A program made the translations under genes and the position numbers. The notes below the pieces were generated by a model. It made no database searches. It saw only the letters and a program-made list of their open reading frames with translations, and was not told the origin of the DNA. From contig VMER01000001.1 of NCBI GenBank assembly GCA_007375645.1, positions 5,139-69,138 of the forward strand: DNA of 64,000 bases, read 5' to 3'. Every line of letters starts with the position of its first letter. Within the stretch, counting starts at the first letter, position 1. The DNA comes from Parcubacteria group bacterium LiPW_15. GTDB lineage: Bacteria > Patescibacteriota > Minisyncoccia > UBA6257 > 2-01-FULL-56-20. Below, one piece after another: positions 35,821 to 45,258 of the stretch.

Positions 35821-38025
35821 TTAATCCCAATTTGTCCCAAGAAGTAGTTCTTCCGGACGTATTTTTTGCCAGACTGCTTCGGTCACGAACGGAACGAAAG
35901 GGTGGAGAACCTTGAGCGAGCCCAAAAGTATGGCTTCCAAAGTTTTGTAGGCCGCGGCTTTTTCTTCTTGAGTGCCGTCTTTAAGTTTTCCTTTCTCGGC
36001 CTCAATTATGATGTCCGCGAAAGTGTGCCAGAAGTAGTGGTAAGCTTTCTCACCTGCGAGGTGAAGCTCAAATTTATCAATATGTTCGGCGATTTCTTTT
36101 TTGGTCGATTCAAATTCGGCCAGATATTTTTCTTGCTCTTCGGAAAGCTTGGCACTTTCGTAGTTTTCCGCCTTATTCATGAGAACAAACCTCGCCGCGT
36201 TCCAGATCTTGGTCGAGAAATTCCTGTAGCCTCGCACTTTGTCCTCGGAAAGTTTCATGTCGTTTCCCGGAGCTGCGCCGATTATGAGCGAAAGCCTGGT
36301 GGCATCCGCGCCGTATTTTTCCGACATTAAGAGCGGGTCGATGGCGTTCCCGAGAGACTTGCTCATTTTCCTGCCTTTTTCGTCGCGCACGAGCCCATGA
36401 AGGTAGACCGTGCGGAAGGGGACATCGCCCAACAAAAATCCGGTCATAAGTATCATCCTTGCGACCCAGAAGAAAAGAATGTCGTAGCCGGTCTCAAGAA
36501 CGCTTGTGGGGTGATAGGTCTCGAGATCGCTCGTCTTTTCTGGCCAGCCGAGTGTCGAGAAGGTCCAAAGTCCGGAAGAAAACCAGGTATCCAGAGTGTC
36601 GGGGTCCTGTTGCCAACCCTCCGTAGCCTCGGCGGAGGAGGGCAAATCCCCAGACTCCTTTGGAGTTTCACCGACGGCAATTTTCTCATCTTTATACCAA
36701 ACCGGAATCCTGTGTCCATACCAGATCTGCCTCGAAATACACCAATCGCGAAGATTGTCTATCCAATTGTAGTAGATTTTTTCGAAGCGTCCCGGAAGAA
36801 TCTCTATCTGTCCGCCTTCCACCGCTTTTTTCATTATCTCCTTAAGCGAGGTTTCGGAACCGGACGGGAGTCCGCTAATTTTAGACTCCGGCAAAACAAA
36901 TTTTTTATTGACGTCAATGAACCACTGGAGTTTGGGGAGAGGTTCAATGATGCCTCCGGTGCGCTCCGCAACCGAAATATTTTGCTTAACATCCTCCTCC
37001 TTTTCGAGGAGTCCATCTTTCCGAAGCAGTTCCACGATGACCTCGCGCGCGACGGTAGTTTTCTTGCCTTGTATCTCCGGTCCGCCCACGCTCATCTTGG
37101 CGTACTCGTTTATAACCGGTTTGAGTTCCAGATTATGCGCCTGAGCCATGTCCCAGTCTATTTGGCTGTGTGCGGGGGTAACGCCGAGTGCTCCGGTGCC
37201 AAAATCTTTTTCCACCGCGTGGTCGGCGATGATTTTTATTGTGAGCGGAGTGCCTACAAAATTAACTTCATAGGTCTTTCCCACGTATTGCTTGTAGCGC
37301 TCATCGTCGGGATGGACCGCAACGGCTGTGTCGCCCAATTTAGTTTCGGGTCTGGTGGTAGAAATCGAGATAGGGAAGTCCTTGGAGTATTTAAAGGTGT
37401 AAAGCTTCGCGTCGCGTTCCTCATAAACCACCTCGTCGTCGGAGACGGTTGTCTGGCCCTTGGGGTCCCAGTTTATTACTTTAAAGTCGCGGTAGATAAG
37501 TCCCGTGTCATACATTTTTTTGAAAGCGGTTTTGACAGCCGTATTTCTTTTTTCGTCGAGCGTAAAAGCTTCGCGGTTCCAATCCACGGAAGCGCCCATC
37601 TTTTTGATTTGATTTACTATGGTGTCGTGGCTTTCTTTTGCAAACTGGTCTACTCGTTTTAAAAACTCTTCGCGCCCCAAGTCATGTCGATTTTTACCCT
37701 CGGCTTTATAGATAAGAGATTCAACTTTTGATTGGGTGGCGATAGCCGCATGGTCCGTGCCCGGGACCCAGAGGGTTTTCTTTCCGCTCATTCTGGCGTA
37801 TCGCACCAAGACGTCCTCAATCGCGAGCATCGCCGCGTGGCCCATATGTAAGGTGCCGGTCACGTTCGGCGGGGGAAGGATTATGGAGAAAACGCCATTT
37901 TCTTTTTTGACGAGGCCTATTTCTTCGCATTTCTCGGGGGCAAAAAGCCCAGATTTTTCCCAGAGATCATAAACCTCTTTCTCGGAAGTTACCGGATCGT
38001 ATTTAGAATCCATTTCGATAGCCAT
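35821..38025 (-). CDS. valS: Valine--tRNA ligase (lacks C-terminal coiled coil)
   Basis: PPPNVTGTLHMGHA, GTDHAAIATQ, DWCISRQIWYGHRIP, DTWFSS, KMSKS. Confidence 0.97.
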   Translation of the reverse strand: MAIEMDSKYDPVTSEKEVYDLWEKSGLFAPEKCEEIGLVKKENGVFSIILPPPNVTGTLHMGHAAMLAIEDVLVRYARMSGKKTLWVPGTDHAAIATQSKVESLIYKAEGKNRHDLGREEFLKRVDQFAKESHDTIVNQIKKMGASVDWNREAFTLDEKRNTAVKTAFKKMYDTGLIYRDFKVINWDPKGQTTVSDDEVVYEERDAKLYTFKYSKDFPISISTTRPETKLGDTAVAVHPDDERYKQYVGKTYEVNFVGTPLTIKIIADHAVEKDFGTGALGVTPAHSQIDWDMAQAHNLELKPVINEYAKMSVGGPEIQGKKTTVAREVIVELLRKDGLLEKEEDVKQNISVAERTGGIIEPLPKLQWFIDVNKKFVLPESKISGLPSGSETSLKEIMKKAVEGGQIEILPGRFEKIYYNWIDNLRDWCISRQIWYGHRIPVWYKDEKIAVGETPKESGDLPSSAEATEGWQQDPDTLDTWFSSGLWTFSTLGWPEKTSDLETYHPTSVLETGYDILFFWVARMILMTGFLLGDVPFRTVYLHGLVRDEKGRKMSKSLGNAIDPLLMSEKYGADATRLSLIIGAAPGNDMKLSEDKVRGYRNFSTKIWNAARFVLMNKAENYESAKLSEEQEKYLAEFESTKKEIAEHIDKFELHLAGEKAYHYFWHTFADIIIEAEKGKLKDGTQEEKAAAYKTLEAILLGSLKVLHPFVPFVTEAVWQKIRPEELLLGTNWD
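36617..36642. repeat. Short palindromic element (family A) inside valS
   Basis: ccctcc-gtagcctcggcgga-ggaggg; read as PSSAEATEG within ValS. Confidence 0.75.
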
Positions 38026-38035
38026 AAGTTTGATT

Positions 38036-39064
38036 CTAAACTCCCAGGTCGCCCCTCGCAATAAGCGGGCGTTTCTTTTTTCTTAAATAATTGAAATACC
38101 CGGCGGCGCCGATCATAGCGGCATTGTCGGTGTTAAAAGTAAAACCCGGGACCAAAAAGATCATTTTTTCTTTTTTTACTTCGCTTCCCAGCTTTTCTCT
38201 TAAGTACATACTCGCCGCGACTCCACCGGCCATGATGATGGACTTGGCTTTAAATTCTTTGGCGGCGCGCATCGCCTTTTTTATCAGTACTTCGGTCGCG
38301 GCATTTTGGAACGAAGCGGCAACATCGGCTGGATTAGCGCTCGGATTATCCCGGCAATAATATAGTACGGAAGTTTTAAGCCCCGAGTAGCTGAAATCAT
38401 AATTTTTATCGTGGAGCATCGGGCGAGGAAACTCAATCGCATTTTCATTTCCTTCTCGCGAGAGTTTCTCTATCTGCGGTCCGCTCGGATAGGGGAGTTT
38501 CAGAATTCTCGCGACTTTATCGAATGCTTCGCCCACGGCGTCGTCGCGGGTTTCACCGAGCTTTTTCCAGGTTTTAATATCTTTCATAAGAAGCAATATG
38601 GTGTGTCCGCCGGATACCAAAAGCGCCACGGACGGAAAAACCTTTTTTGCGTCATACTTTTTCTTTGGGTCCAAAAGAAAGCTCCAAAGATGTCCCTCCA
38701 TGTGGTTTGCTCCGATCAACGGCTTCTTCCAATCCTTAGATAATTTTTTGGCGAACTCGATTCCCGCCCAAAGTGCGGGTTCGAGTCCAGGGCCAACGGT
38801 TATGGCCATAAGAGAGATCTTTTTCCATTCCGCTTTTTCTTTCGTGCCCTCACCGAACATCTCTCTATATAATATGGGCAGATTCTTAATGTGTTCGCGC
38901 TTAGCGATATTCGGGACCACTCCGCCGAAGGGTTCGTGAAGTTTTATCTGCGAGGTTATTAAATGCTTTAAAACTTTGAATTTCGGCGCACTAAACCCGC
39001 CTTTGGCTTCCAATATGGATAGGGAGGTTTCGTCGCAACTCGTTTCTATGGCGAGTATTCGCAT
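38036..39064 (-). CDS. tsaD: tRNA N6-adenosine threonylcarbamoyltransferase
   Basis: ILAIETSCDET, GGVVP, GPGL, NHMEGH, LLVSGGHT, DDAVGEAFDK, FSYSGLKT, DNAAMI. Confidence 0.97.
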   Translation of the reverse strand: MRILAIETSCDETSLSILEAKGGFSAPKFKVLKHLITSQIKLHEPFGGVVPNIAKREHIKNLPILYREMFGEGTKEKAEWKKISLMAITVGPGLEPALWAGIEFAKKLSKDWKKPLIGANHMEGHLWSFLLDPKKKYDAKKVFPSVALLVSGGHTILLLMKDIKTWKKLGETRDDAVGEAFDKVARILKLPYPSGPQIEKLSREGNENAIEFPRPMLHDKNYDFSYSGLKTSVLYYCRDNPSANPADVAASFQNAATEVLIKKAMRAAKEFKAKSIIMAGGVAASMYLREKLGSEVKKEKMIFLVPGFTFNTDNAAMIGAAGYFNYLRKKKRPLIARGDLGV

Positions 39065-39089
39065 GGGTGTATGATATCTACTCTTTGAT

Positions 39090-39144
39090 TGTTTGACAAA
39101 GAGCGCCACTAGCCGTAGTTTGGAGACAGCGAAACAGCTGACAA
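39090..39144 (+). promoter_or_regulatory. Duplicated promoter/leader module, copy 1
   Basis: TTGACA-17-TAGTTT plus leader; 47/55 identical to 39800-39854. Confidence 0.8.
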
Positions 39145-39169
39145 AAATTGAAATCACAGGAGGTGCTTT

Positions 39170-39748
39170 GTGGGCGAAGCCTTCGCGTGGCTCGGAAAGA
39201 TATTCGAGCTCATTACTGCCCTCATTCCTCGGCCGTTCATTATCGACGCGACCCAGGAGGGGGTGAAGTTCAAGTACGGCAAATACATAGTTCACCTTTT
39301 GCCTGGCGTCTACGGTTATTGGCCCCTTGTCACCAAAGTCGTCGCTATCCAGGTAAAGCGCCAGGCGGTGGTCTTAAAGCCACAGGTCCTGACGACCAAA
39401 GACGGTAAATCGGTGATCATGGGGACGTTAATCGCCTACACCATAATTGATGCCGTGGCTGCTTTGACCGAGGTCGACAATCTTAGCGAAACTCTGTTTG
39501 AGGTGTCCCAGGGTGCCGTGCCGGGGGTTGTTGCCGGGAAAACCCTGCAACAGTTGATCCATGATGTTTCCGAGATTAGCGACGCGGAGTCGGGCAATGG
39601 CGTGATGACCATCCTTGACTTGGAACTTTGCGAAAGGGTGAGTTCCATTCTGCGGGGCTTTGGAGTGAATGTCCTGTACTGCAAGGTGACCGACTTCTCG
39701 TCTTGTCGCGTTCTGAACATTTCCGGTGATTTCGGCAGCTCGAAATAA
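39170..39748 (+). CDS. SPFH/band 7 domain protein
   Basis: EGVKFKYGK...LLPG...WPLV, QVLTTKDG, YTIIDA, FGVNV; SD AGGAGG. Confidence 0.85.
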   Translation: MGEAFAWLGKIFELITALIPRPFIIDATQEGVKFKYGKYIVHLLPGVYGYWPLVTKVVAIQVKRQAVVLKPQVLTTKDGKSVIMGTLIAYTIIDAVAALTEVDNLSETLFEVSQGAVPGVVAGKTLQQLIHDVSEISDAESGNGVMTILDLELCERVSSILRGFGVNVLYCKVTDFSSCRVLNISGDFGSSK

Positions 39749-39763
39749 CCAAACCCACAGTCC

Positions 39764-39788
39764 GCCCGCTCAGGAGCGGGCTTTTTTG
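39764..39788 (+). terminator. Intrinsic terminator of the SPFH gene
   Basis: gcccgct-cagg-agcgggc followed by a T run. Confidence 0.8.
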
Positions 39789-39799
39789 ATCCTTAAAAA

Positions 39800-39854
39800 T
39801 GTTTGACAAAGAGCGGTCTTAGCCGTAGTTTGGAGGCAGCGAAAGAGTTGATAA
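39800..39854 (+). promoter_or_regulatory. Duplicated promoter/leader module, copy 2
   Basis: TTGACA-17-TAGTTT plus leader; 47/55 identical to 39090-39144. Confidence 0.8.
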
Positions 39855-39881
39855 CTACGCAGAAAAAAAGGAGAAAAGAAA

Positions 39882-41516
39882 GTGAAAGATCCAGCGAAAC
39901 TGCAGTTTTTCTTCCAACCATTTTCGGAGCTGACACTTGATGCGAAATGTCCACTGCTATTCGTCGTTTTCGAGGAGCAGGCGGACATGATCATCGGGAA
40001 GAGGTTCCCGGAAGTGGAGGAGATGCGTCAGCGCATCGACAACATCACCCGCAAGGATGACGAACAGACTGTATCGATCTTTTCGCTTATGCGGGAAGAG
40101 AAGGCAGTCCCGGCCGGTCTCGTTTATATCGAGTATCCTTGGCGAAGGAAGAGGGTCAAGCGCAGTTTGGATTTCGGTAGCATTAATTTCTACCGGAAAC
40201 TCTTGGAACGTACAACAGCTGCCACCGGGCAACTCCGGGAAATGGGTTTCAGTGAGATGACGATCTTGCTTCCCGGCAGGTTTCATCCAGAGAACCTGAA
40301 AAACGATTCCCAACGAGAAGTGCTCGAAATGTTCGTGAAAACAATGGTCGAGGCCATCGTTTACGCGAACGGTACCCTGGATGAGTTTCGAAGCACTCCC
40401 GATCCGCAGATCACCAAGGTTAGCTTCACATACTTCGGACAGTACGAACGAGTGATTCTCAATTTCTTCAATCGTGCTATCGGTGCGGGCGAAGAGATGG
40501 GGGAAGCGCTAGTTGAGGTCAGGAGATTCACAGAGCTTCCCGGGAACGAAGCCTATCCTCTCAAATTGGCTTCGGAATTTGTCGGAAGGACCATAGCTCC
40601 GCTTACAAGCGCTTCGCCGAATTGGCACAAGATCCACGATCATCGTTTTTCCGCGAACGTGAAGGCAGCGCTTCTCTATGGCGCTGAGGGCCTCGCGAAG
40701 CGTGGGTTCGGACTCATAACGGCGGTGGGGCAAGGCAGCAAATACGAACCCTGCCTTTTGAAGCTTCACTACAAGCCGAAGAAGCGTTCCAGGCCGGTAA
40801 AGAAACTGACTCTCATCGGTAAGGGCGTTACCTTTGATTCGGGCGGAGTGGATCTGAAGGGCGCAGACTCCTACGACAACATGCATCATGACATGGCCGG
40901 TGCAGCCACTGTTGTTGGAGTGCTGAAGCTTGCTGACGATTTGCGCCTGCCGGTGGAGATTGTGGCCCTTTTGCCTCTGGTCGAGAACACAATCGGTTCG
41001 AAGGCTACCCGGCCATACGACATCGTTCGTGCGTATGACGGTCAGACGGTAGAGGTTCGCAATACGGATGCCGAGGGGCGGCTGATTCTCGCGGATGCGA
41101 TCGCCTATTCGGAGAAGAACATCCGACCAAACTGCACGGTGACCGTGGCTACTCTCTGCGACATGAGCGACTTCGCACCGGACTTTTTGAAGGTCTTGGT
41201 GAACGACAAAGATCTGGAGCGGAAGGTTCGTCTCGCGGAAAAGCGCTCCAACGAAAAGATGCTGCTCTTTCCTCCGTTCGAGCACTTTAATGGTGTCTCA
41301 CTCGCTTTCGTCGGCGGGGCCGCCGACCTCAAGAATGACAACTCGTATTACTACCATTCCGGCATGGTATTTCTCGGCGAATTCTTTAAGTGGGATCCGT
41401 CGCCGTGGGTGTTCGTGGACGTATCCGAAGTATTCGAAAAGGATGCGCAAGAATACGCGGCAGGTCCCGGCTTCGGCGTTCGTTTCACGTGGAACCTCGT
41501 CAAGCAGTTTGCCTGA
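39882..41516 (+). CDS. M17 family leucyl aminopeptidase (divergent)
   Basis: LIGKGVTFDSGG, DMAGAA, NTDAEGRLILAD; atypical N-domain and C-terminal region. Confidence 0.9.
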   Translation: MKDPAKLQFFFQPFSELTLDAKCPLLFVVFEEQADMIIGKRFPEVEEMRQRIDNITRKDDEQTVSIFSLMREEKAVPAGLVYIEYPWRRKRVKRSLDFGSINFYRKLLERTTAATGQLREMGFSEMTILLPGRFHPENLKNDSQREVLEMFVKTMVEAIVYANGTLDEFRSTPDPQITKVSFTYFGQYERVILNFFNRAIGAGEEMGEALVEVRRFTELPGNEAYPLKLASEFVGRTIAPLTSASPNWHKIHDHRFSANVKAALLYGAEGLAKRGFGLITAVGQGSKYEPCLLKLHYKPKKRSRPVKKLTLIGKGVTFDSGGVDLKGADSYDNMHHDMAGAATVVGVLKLADDLRLPVEIVALLPLVENTIGSKATRPYDIVRAYDGQTVEVRNTDAEGRLILADAIAYSEKNIRPNCTVTVATLCDMSDFAPDFLKVLVNDKDLERKVRLAEKRSNEKMLLFPPFEHFNGVSLAFVGGAADLKNDNSYYYHSGMVFLGEFFKWDPSPWVFVDVSEVFEKDAQEYAAGPGFGVRFTWNLVKQFA

Positions 41517-41524
41517 ACCTATCC

Positions 41525-41552
41525 CGCCTCGGCCAAAAAGCCGAGGCGTTTT
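41525..41552 (+). terminator. Intrinsic terminator of the aminopeptidase gene
   Basis: cgcctcggc-caaaaa-gccgaggcg-tttt. Confidence 0.8.
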
Positions 41553-41630
41553 ATTTTGACTTAAATGCTAAAATTAACTATTGTATAGACGCGTTTGGCA
41601 AATCTTTTGAGGCTCGCCAAAGCAAAACAT

Positions 41631-41702
41631 GGCGCTATCGTCTAGTGGCTAGGACACCGCCCTTTCACGGCGGGAACAGGGGTTCGATCCCCCTTAGCGC
41701 TA
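41631..41702 (+). tRNA. tRNA-Glu (TTC)
   Basis: Acceptor ggcgcta/tagcgct, anticodon arm ccgcc-ctTTCac-ggcgg, T arm agggg-ttcgatc-cccct. Confidence 0.95.
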
Positions 41703-41718
41703 CGTGTTTAGAGAAAGA

Positions 41719-43227
41719 ATGCTAAATAGGTTTTACGAGATTCTTCCGGGCAGTCTTGCCTGGGCCACCCTTATTGGTATGGTCGTTTTTTCCTGGGTAC
41801 TGCCGACGGCGGTTTCCGTTTTTATAATTCTTTTTGATATCTACTGGCTTTTGAAGACCGTCTATCTTTCATTACACCTGCGTTCGACTTTCTCCGAAAT
41901 GAAGCAGAACATGGCCACCGATTGGCTTTCGCGACTCAAAAAAGAAAAAACCGGCTGGGAAAATATCGAACACCTGATAATTTTCCCGATGTATAAAGAG
42001 CCGTATGAGGTGGTCAAAGAAAGTTTTGAAAGTTTAACGCACGCAAATTATCCGAAAGAAAAAATGATGGTGGTTTTGGCCATCGAAGAATTGGCGGGGG
42101 ATTTTGCCAAAGATGTCGCGGAAAAAACTAAAAAAGATTTTGAGAAGAGGTTCGGCGCGTTTCTTATAACTGTCCACCCTAAAGATTTACCCGGGGAGAT
42201 TCCCGGCAAGGGAGGCAACGAAACTTGGGCTGCCAAAGAAGCAAAAAAAATTCTTATTGATGGAAAGCTAGAGCCGCAAAATGTTCTAGTCTCGTCTTTT
42301 GATGTGGACACTCAGATATTTTCGGAATATTTCGGGAAACTCACTTACACCTTCCTTTCCGAAGAAAATAAATTGCGGGCAATCTACCAACCAATTCCAT
42401 TTTTCACGAATAATGTTTACGACAGTCCGGCCATCGCACGAGTTATATCTTTTTCTTCTACTTTCTGGCAGATGATGCAGCAATCGAGACCCGAAAGACT
42501 TACTAGCTTTTCCTCGCAATCGATTCCCCTGAGCGCGCTTATGGATGTGGGTTTCTGGCACACGGATATGGTCTCTGAGGACTCCCGCATTTTCTGGCAG
42601 GGATATTTAGCTTATCACGGAGATTTTCGCGTCGTTCCGCTTCACTATCCCGTTTCTATGGACGCGAATGTCGCTCACACTCTTTGGGGGACTATGAAAA
42701 ATCTTTACAAACAGCAAAGGCGTTGGGGCTGGGGCTGTGAGAATATCCCGTATATGTTGGGTGGCTTTAGGAAGGACCCGAAGATCCCGGCCGCGAAAAA
42801 AAGATACTGGACATTTCAGGTGCTCGAGGGATTTCATTCCTGGGCTACGAACTCGATCATGATCTTCGCGCTCGGCTGGCTCCCGGTGTATCTTGGCGGA
42901 AAAACTTTTAATCTTTCATTGTTGTCGCACAGTTTGCCGGACATCACTCGGCTTATAATCCAAATTTCCATGCTTGGTATCGCAAGCTCCGCCATTTTGG
43001 GCATCATGCTTCTGCCTCCGAAGCCCGTTTGGTTCAAACCCTACCATTACGCTCTTTATGTTTTGCAGTGGGCGCTTATCCCGGTTTCGCTCATAATTTT
43101 CGGTGCGATTCCAGGACTTGAGGCGCAGACGAGACTGATGCTCGGCGGAAAGTTTAGGTTGGGATTTTGGGTAACCCCAAAATCCCGAAAGGGGGTCGGG
43201 GGAGAGCGGAAGGGCTCCCCCGTGTAA
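41719..43227 (+). CDS. Membrane glycosyltransferase family 2 (processive synthase-like)
   Basis: PMYKE, GKGGN, FDVD, SED and QQRRW (D,D,D,QxxRW) with flanking TM helices. Confidence 0.9.
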   Translation: MLNRFYEILPGSLAWATLIGMVVFSWVLPTAVSVFIILFDIYWLLKTVYLSLHLRSTFSEMKQNMATDWLSRLKKEKTGWENIEHLIIFPMYKEPYEVVKESFESLTHANYPKEKMMVVLAIEELAGDFAKDVAEKTKKDFEKRFGAFLITVHPKDLPGEIPGKGGNETWAAKEAKKILIDGKLEPQNVLVSSFDVDTQIFSEYFGKLTYTFLSEENKLRAIYQPIPFFTNNVYDSPAIARVISFSSTFWQMMQQSRPERLTSFSSQSIPLSALMDVGFWHTDMVSEDSRIFWQGYLAYHGDFRVVPLHYPVSMDANVAHTLWGTMKNLYKQQRRWGWGCENIPYMLGGFRKDPKIPAAKKRYWTFQVLEGFHSWATNSIMIFALGWLPVYLGGKTFNLSLLSHSLPDITRLIIQISMLGIASSAILGIMLLPPKPVWFKPYHYALYVLQWALIPVSLIIFGAIPGLEAQTRLMLGGKFRLGFWVTPKSRKGVGGERKGSPV

Positions 43228-43267
43228 GAAATTACTCAAAACCGAGGGTTGTGAGGGAGCGGAGCGA
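43191..43267 (+). mobile_element. MITE-like hairpin element, copy 3 (family E), overlapping the GT2 3' end
   Basis: GGGGGTCGG-hairpin-CCGTG-TAAGAA-ATTACTCAAAACCGAGGGTTGTGAGGGAGCGGAGCGA; contains the GT2 stop codon. Confidence 0.65.
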
Positions 43268-43320
43268 TGATTTTGTGGTCACGCCGAAACATAGGAAAGC
43301 CTAAAAACTTAATTCCAAAG

Positions 43321-43329
43321 TGCTATAAT
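43321..43329 (+). promoter_or_regulatory. Extended -10 promoter (probable leaderless transcript)
   Basis: TGCTATAAT 7 nt before GTG 43337. Confidence 0.7.
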
Positions 43330-43336
43330 ATTCTTA

Positions 43337-44146
43337 GTGGTTAATCCATTTAAGAAATTTTTTGGTCGTGAGGTTAAAAAACGTGGAGGTTTTACTCTCA
43401 TTGAGATGGTGGTCTTTACCGCCATTTTTACGGTGACCATAATCGCGTTTATTTCCGTTCTCATTTCCATAACCCGCACCCAGGTTCGGCAGAGTGCGGT
43501 GGCGGAGGTAAATCAGCAGAGCCAATTTGTTCTCCAAGCCCTCCAATATTATGTAGAGCGTTCCAGCCTCATCGAAACCGCGTCCACCGAGGCCACTACC
43601 ACCATCACGCTTCGGATGACGAACACTCTTGAAGATCCGACTTTAGTTTTTGCGAGCGGCACGCAGATCTATTCCAAAGTCGGCACCGATCCGGCACAGG
43701 CTTTAACGAGCGGCAAGGTAACGGTCTCTAACTTCTCAATGTCAAAAAGAGTGAATGCTCCGGGTAAGGATTCGCTCGCGGTAACCTTTTCCATTTCCTA
43801 TAACACGGCAAATCCTCAACAGCAGTTTTCACAAGCGCTTCAATCGGCGGTCGCGCGCGTGAATGCCGCAACTTTTGATTCCGGAATTTTTCCGAATGCG
43901 GATAATACGCTGAAGCTTGGTGCAACTTCGCAAACTTGGCAGTCCATAAATGACGTTATTTATTTCAGCGGAGCGAAAGTCGGGATAGGCGGAACGCCAG
44001 CCGCACTTTTTCAGGTTCATAACGGCGATGTTTATATAGACAGTTCGAGCAACGGCTTGGTTCTTAAGTCATCGGGTGGAACATGCTACAGGCTGACCGT
44101 CACGAACGGCGGTTCGGCTACCACGACGGCTATCGCTTGTCCGTAG
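43337..44146 (+). CDS. Type IV pilin-like protein with fibre-like C-terminal extension
   Basis: KKRGG|FTLIEMVVFTAIF class III signal; C-terminal KVGIGG...GLVLKSSGGTCYRLTV. Confidence 0.88.
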   Translation: MVNPFKKFFGREVKKRGGFTLIEMVVFTAIFTVTIIAFISVLISITRTQVRQSAVAEVNQQSQFVLQALQYYVERSSLIETASTEATTTITLRMTNTLEDPTLVFASGTQIYSKVGTDPAQALTSGKVTVSNFSMSKRVNAPGKDSLAVTFSISYNTANPQQQFSQALQSAVARVNAATFDSGIFPNADNTLKLGATSQTWQSINDVIYFSGAKVGIGGTPAALFQVHNGDVYIDSSSNGLVLKSSGGTCYRLTVTNGGSATTTAIACP

Positions 44147-44200
44147 GCCTCTAGCTTATCCCCAGTCGTTCGGAAGGCCGGTTTAGTATAATAAATACAA

Positions 44201-44740
44201 GTGATACAGATAGACAAAAAATATCTTATGTTTGGCGCGGTGGGGCTGGTTTTGATCGCCGCAATTTTGGTGGTTGTGTTGACAGGTAAAAAAAGCGAAC
44301 CGGAGATAGTGACACCGGGCGGGGCAACGGCTACGACGACTAACCAGTCAAACACCTATAAACCAGTTTCCGTGGATACGAAGGTTCCGGGTATTAATTC
44401 CCAGGTTGATTCCGGCGTGGCCAAGCCGACCGAGGTTAAGGCTGTCGGAGTCAACGATCTGAGCGCGAGAAGTTTTAATGTTGTGTTGAATGGCGATAAA
44501 GTTTCTCCGGAAAAAGTAATCATAAAATTATTCGATATCATCACCATAAATTTTTCCGCAGTGGATAAAACTTATGACTTTGTTCAGCCGGATAATGGAC
44601 TCAGTTGGACGGTTCCCAAAGGCGGCTCAAAAAGTTTGCAGTTTCAAGGTACTACTGCGGGGCAGTTTACCTTCTATTGCGTTTCTTGCGGCGGGCCGAG
44701 CAAAGGTCCGATAGGATATTTTGTGGTCGTTCCAAAATAA
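44201..44740 (+). CDS. Membrane-anchored cupredoxin-like domain protein
   Basis: N-terminal TM; SPEKVIIK, GQFTFYCVSC...IGYFVVV. Confidence 0.7.
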   Translation: MIQIDKKYLMFGAVGLVLIAAILVVVLTGKKSEPEIVTPGGATATTTNQSNTYKPVSVDTKVPGINSQVDSGVAKPTEVKAVGVNDLSARSFNVVLNGDKVSPEKVIIKLFDIITINFSAVDKTYDFVQPDNGLSWTVPKGGSKSLQFQGTTAGQFTFYCVSCGGPSKGPIGYFVVVPK

Positions 44741-44761
44741 TCAATAAAAATAAAAATATTT

Positions 44762-45238
44762 ATGAAAATGAAAAAGAGAAAGATAATTTTTTGGGTAGGT
44801 GTGGCGGCGGTGATTATAGTGGCGGCAGTTTTGGTTGTATTCTTTTGGGCGCGCGACGAAAAGGCTGAAATGAGATCTTCCGGCATCACTGCGGTTTATA
44901 TGACTACGGGGGACGTTTATTTCGGCAAAATGGATTGGTTTCCTTGGCCCCGGCTTCGAAATGTCTGGTACATTCAGCGCGGAGTTGACGCGAAACAACA
45001 GCCACAGGTAAGTCTCGCTCCGTTTAAAGATGTTTTCTGGACCCCGATAGATGAAATTCGCTTGAATCCGAAAGAGATAATTTTCTGGACAACAGTGAGG
45101 GATGGTTCAGAGATGGCGCAAGCGCTTAAAAATCCGGAAGCTTTCAAACAATCACAGCAAGCGGCTCTTCAGAATGCCGGTACGTCTCCGGAGTCCGAAT
45201 TCAAGGGTCCGAGCGGACAGCCGCCGGCAACTCCGTAA
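44762..45238 (+). CDS. Membrane-anchored hypothetical protein
   Basis: Basic N-terminus and TM; AVYMTTGDVYFGK. Confidence 0.75.
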   Translation: MKMKKRKIIFWVGVAAVIIVAAVLVVFFWARDEKAEMRSSGITAVYMTTGDVYFGKMDWFPWPRLRNVWYIQRGVDAKQQPQVSLAPFKDVFWTPIDEIRLNPKEIIFWTTVRDGSEMAQALKNPEAFKQSQQAALQNAGTSPESEFKGPSGQPPATP

Positions 45239-45258
45239 TCTAAAAATTAAACAAAAAA

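Noticed and set aside
36397-37662. 421-aa ORF on the + strand
   Set aside because: Antisense shadow of valS with no recognisable motifs; the same applies to the other long antisense ORFs over conserved genes.
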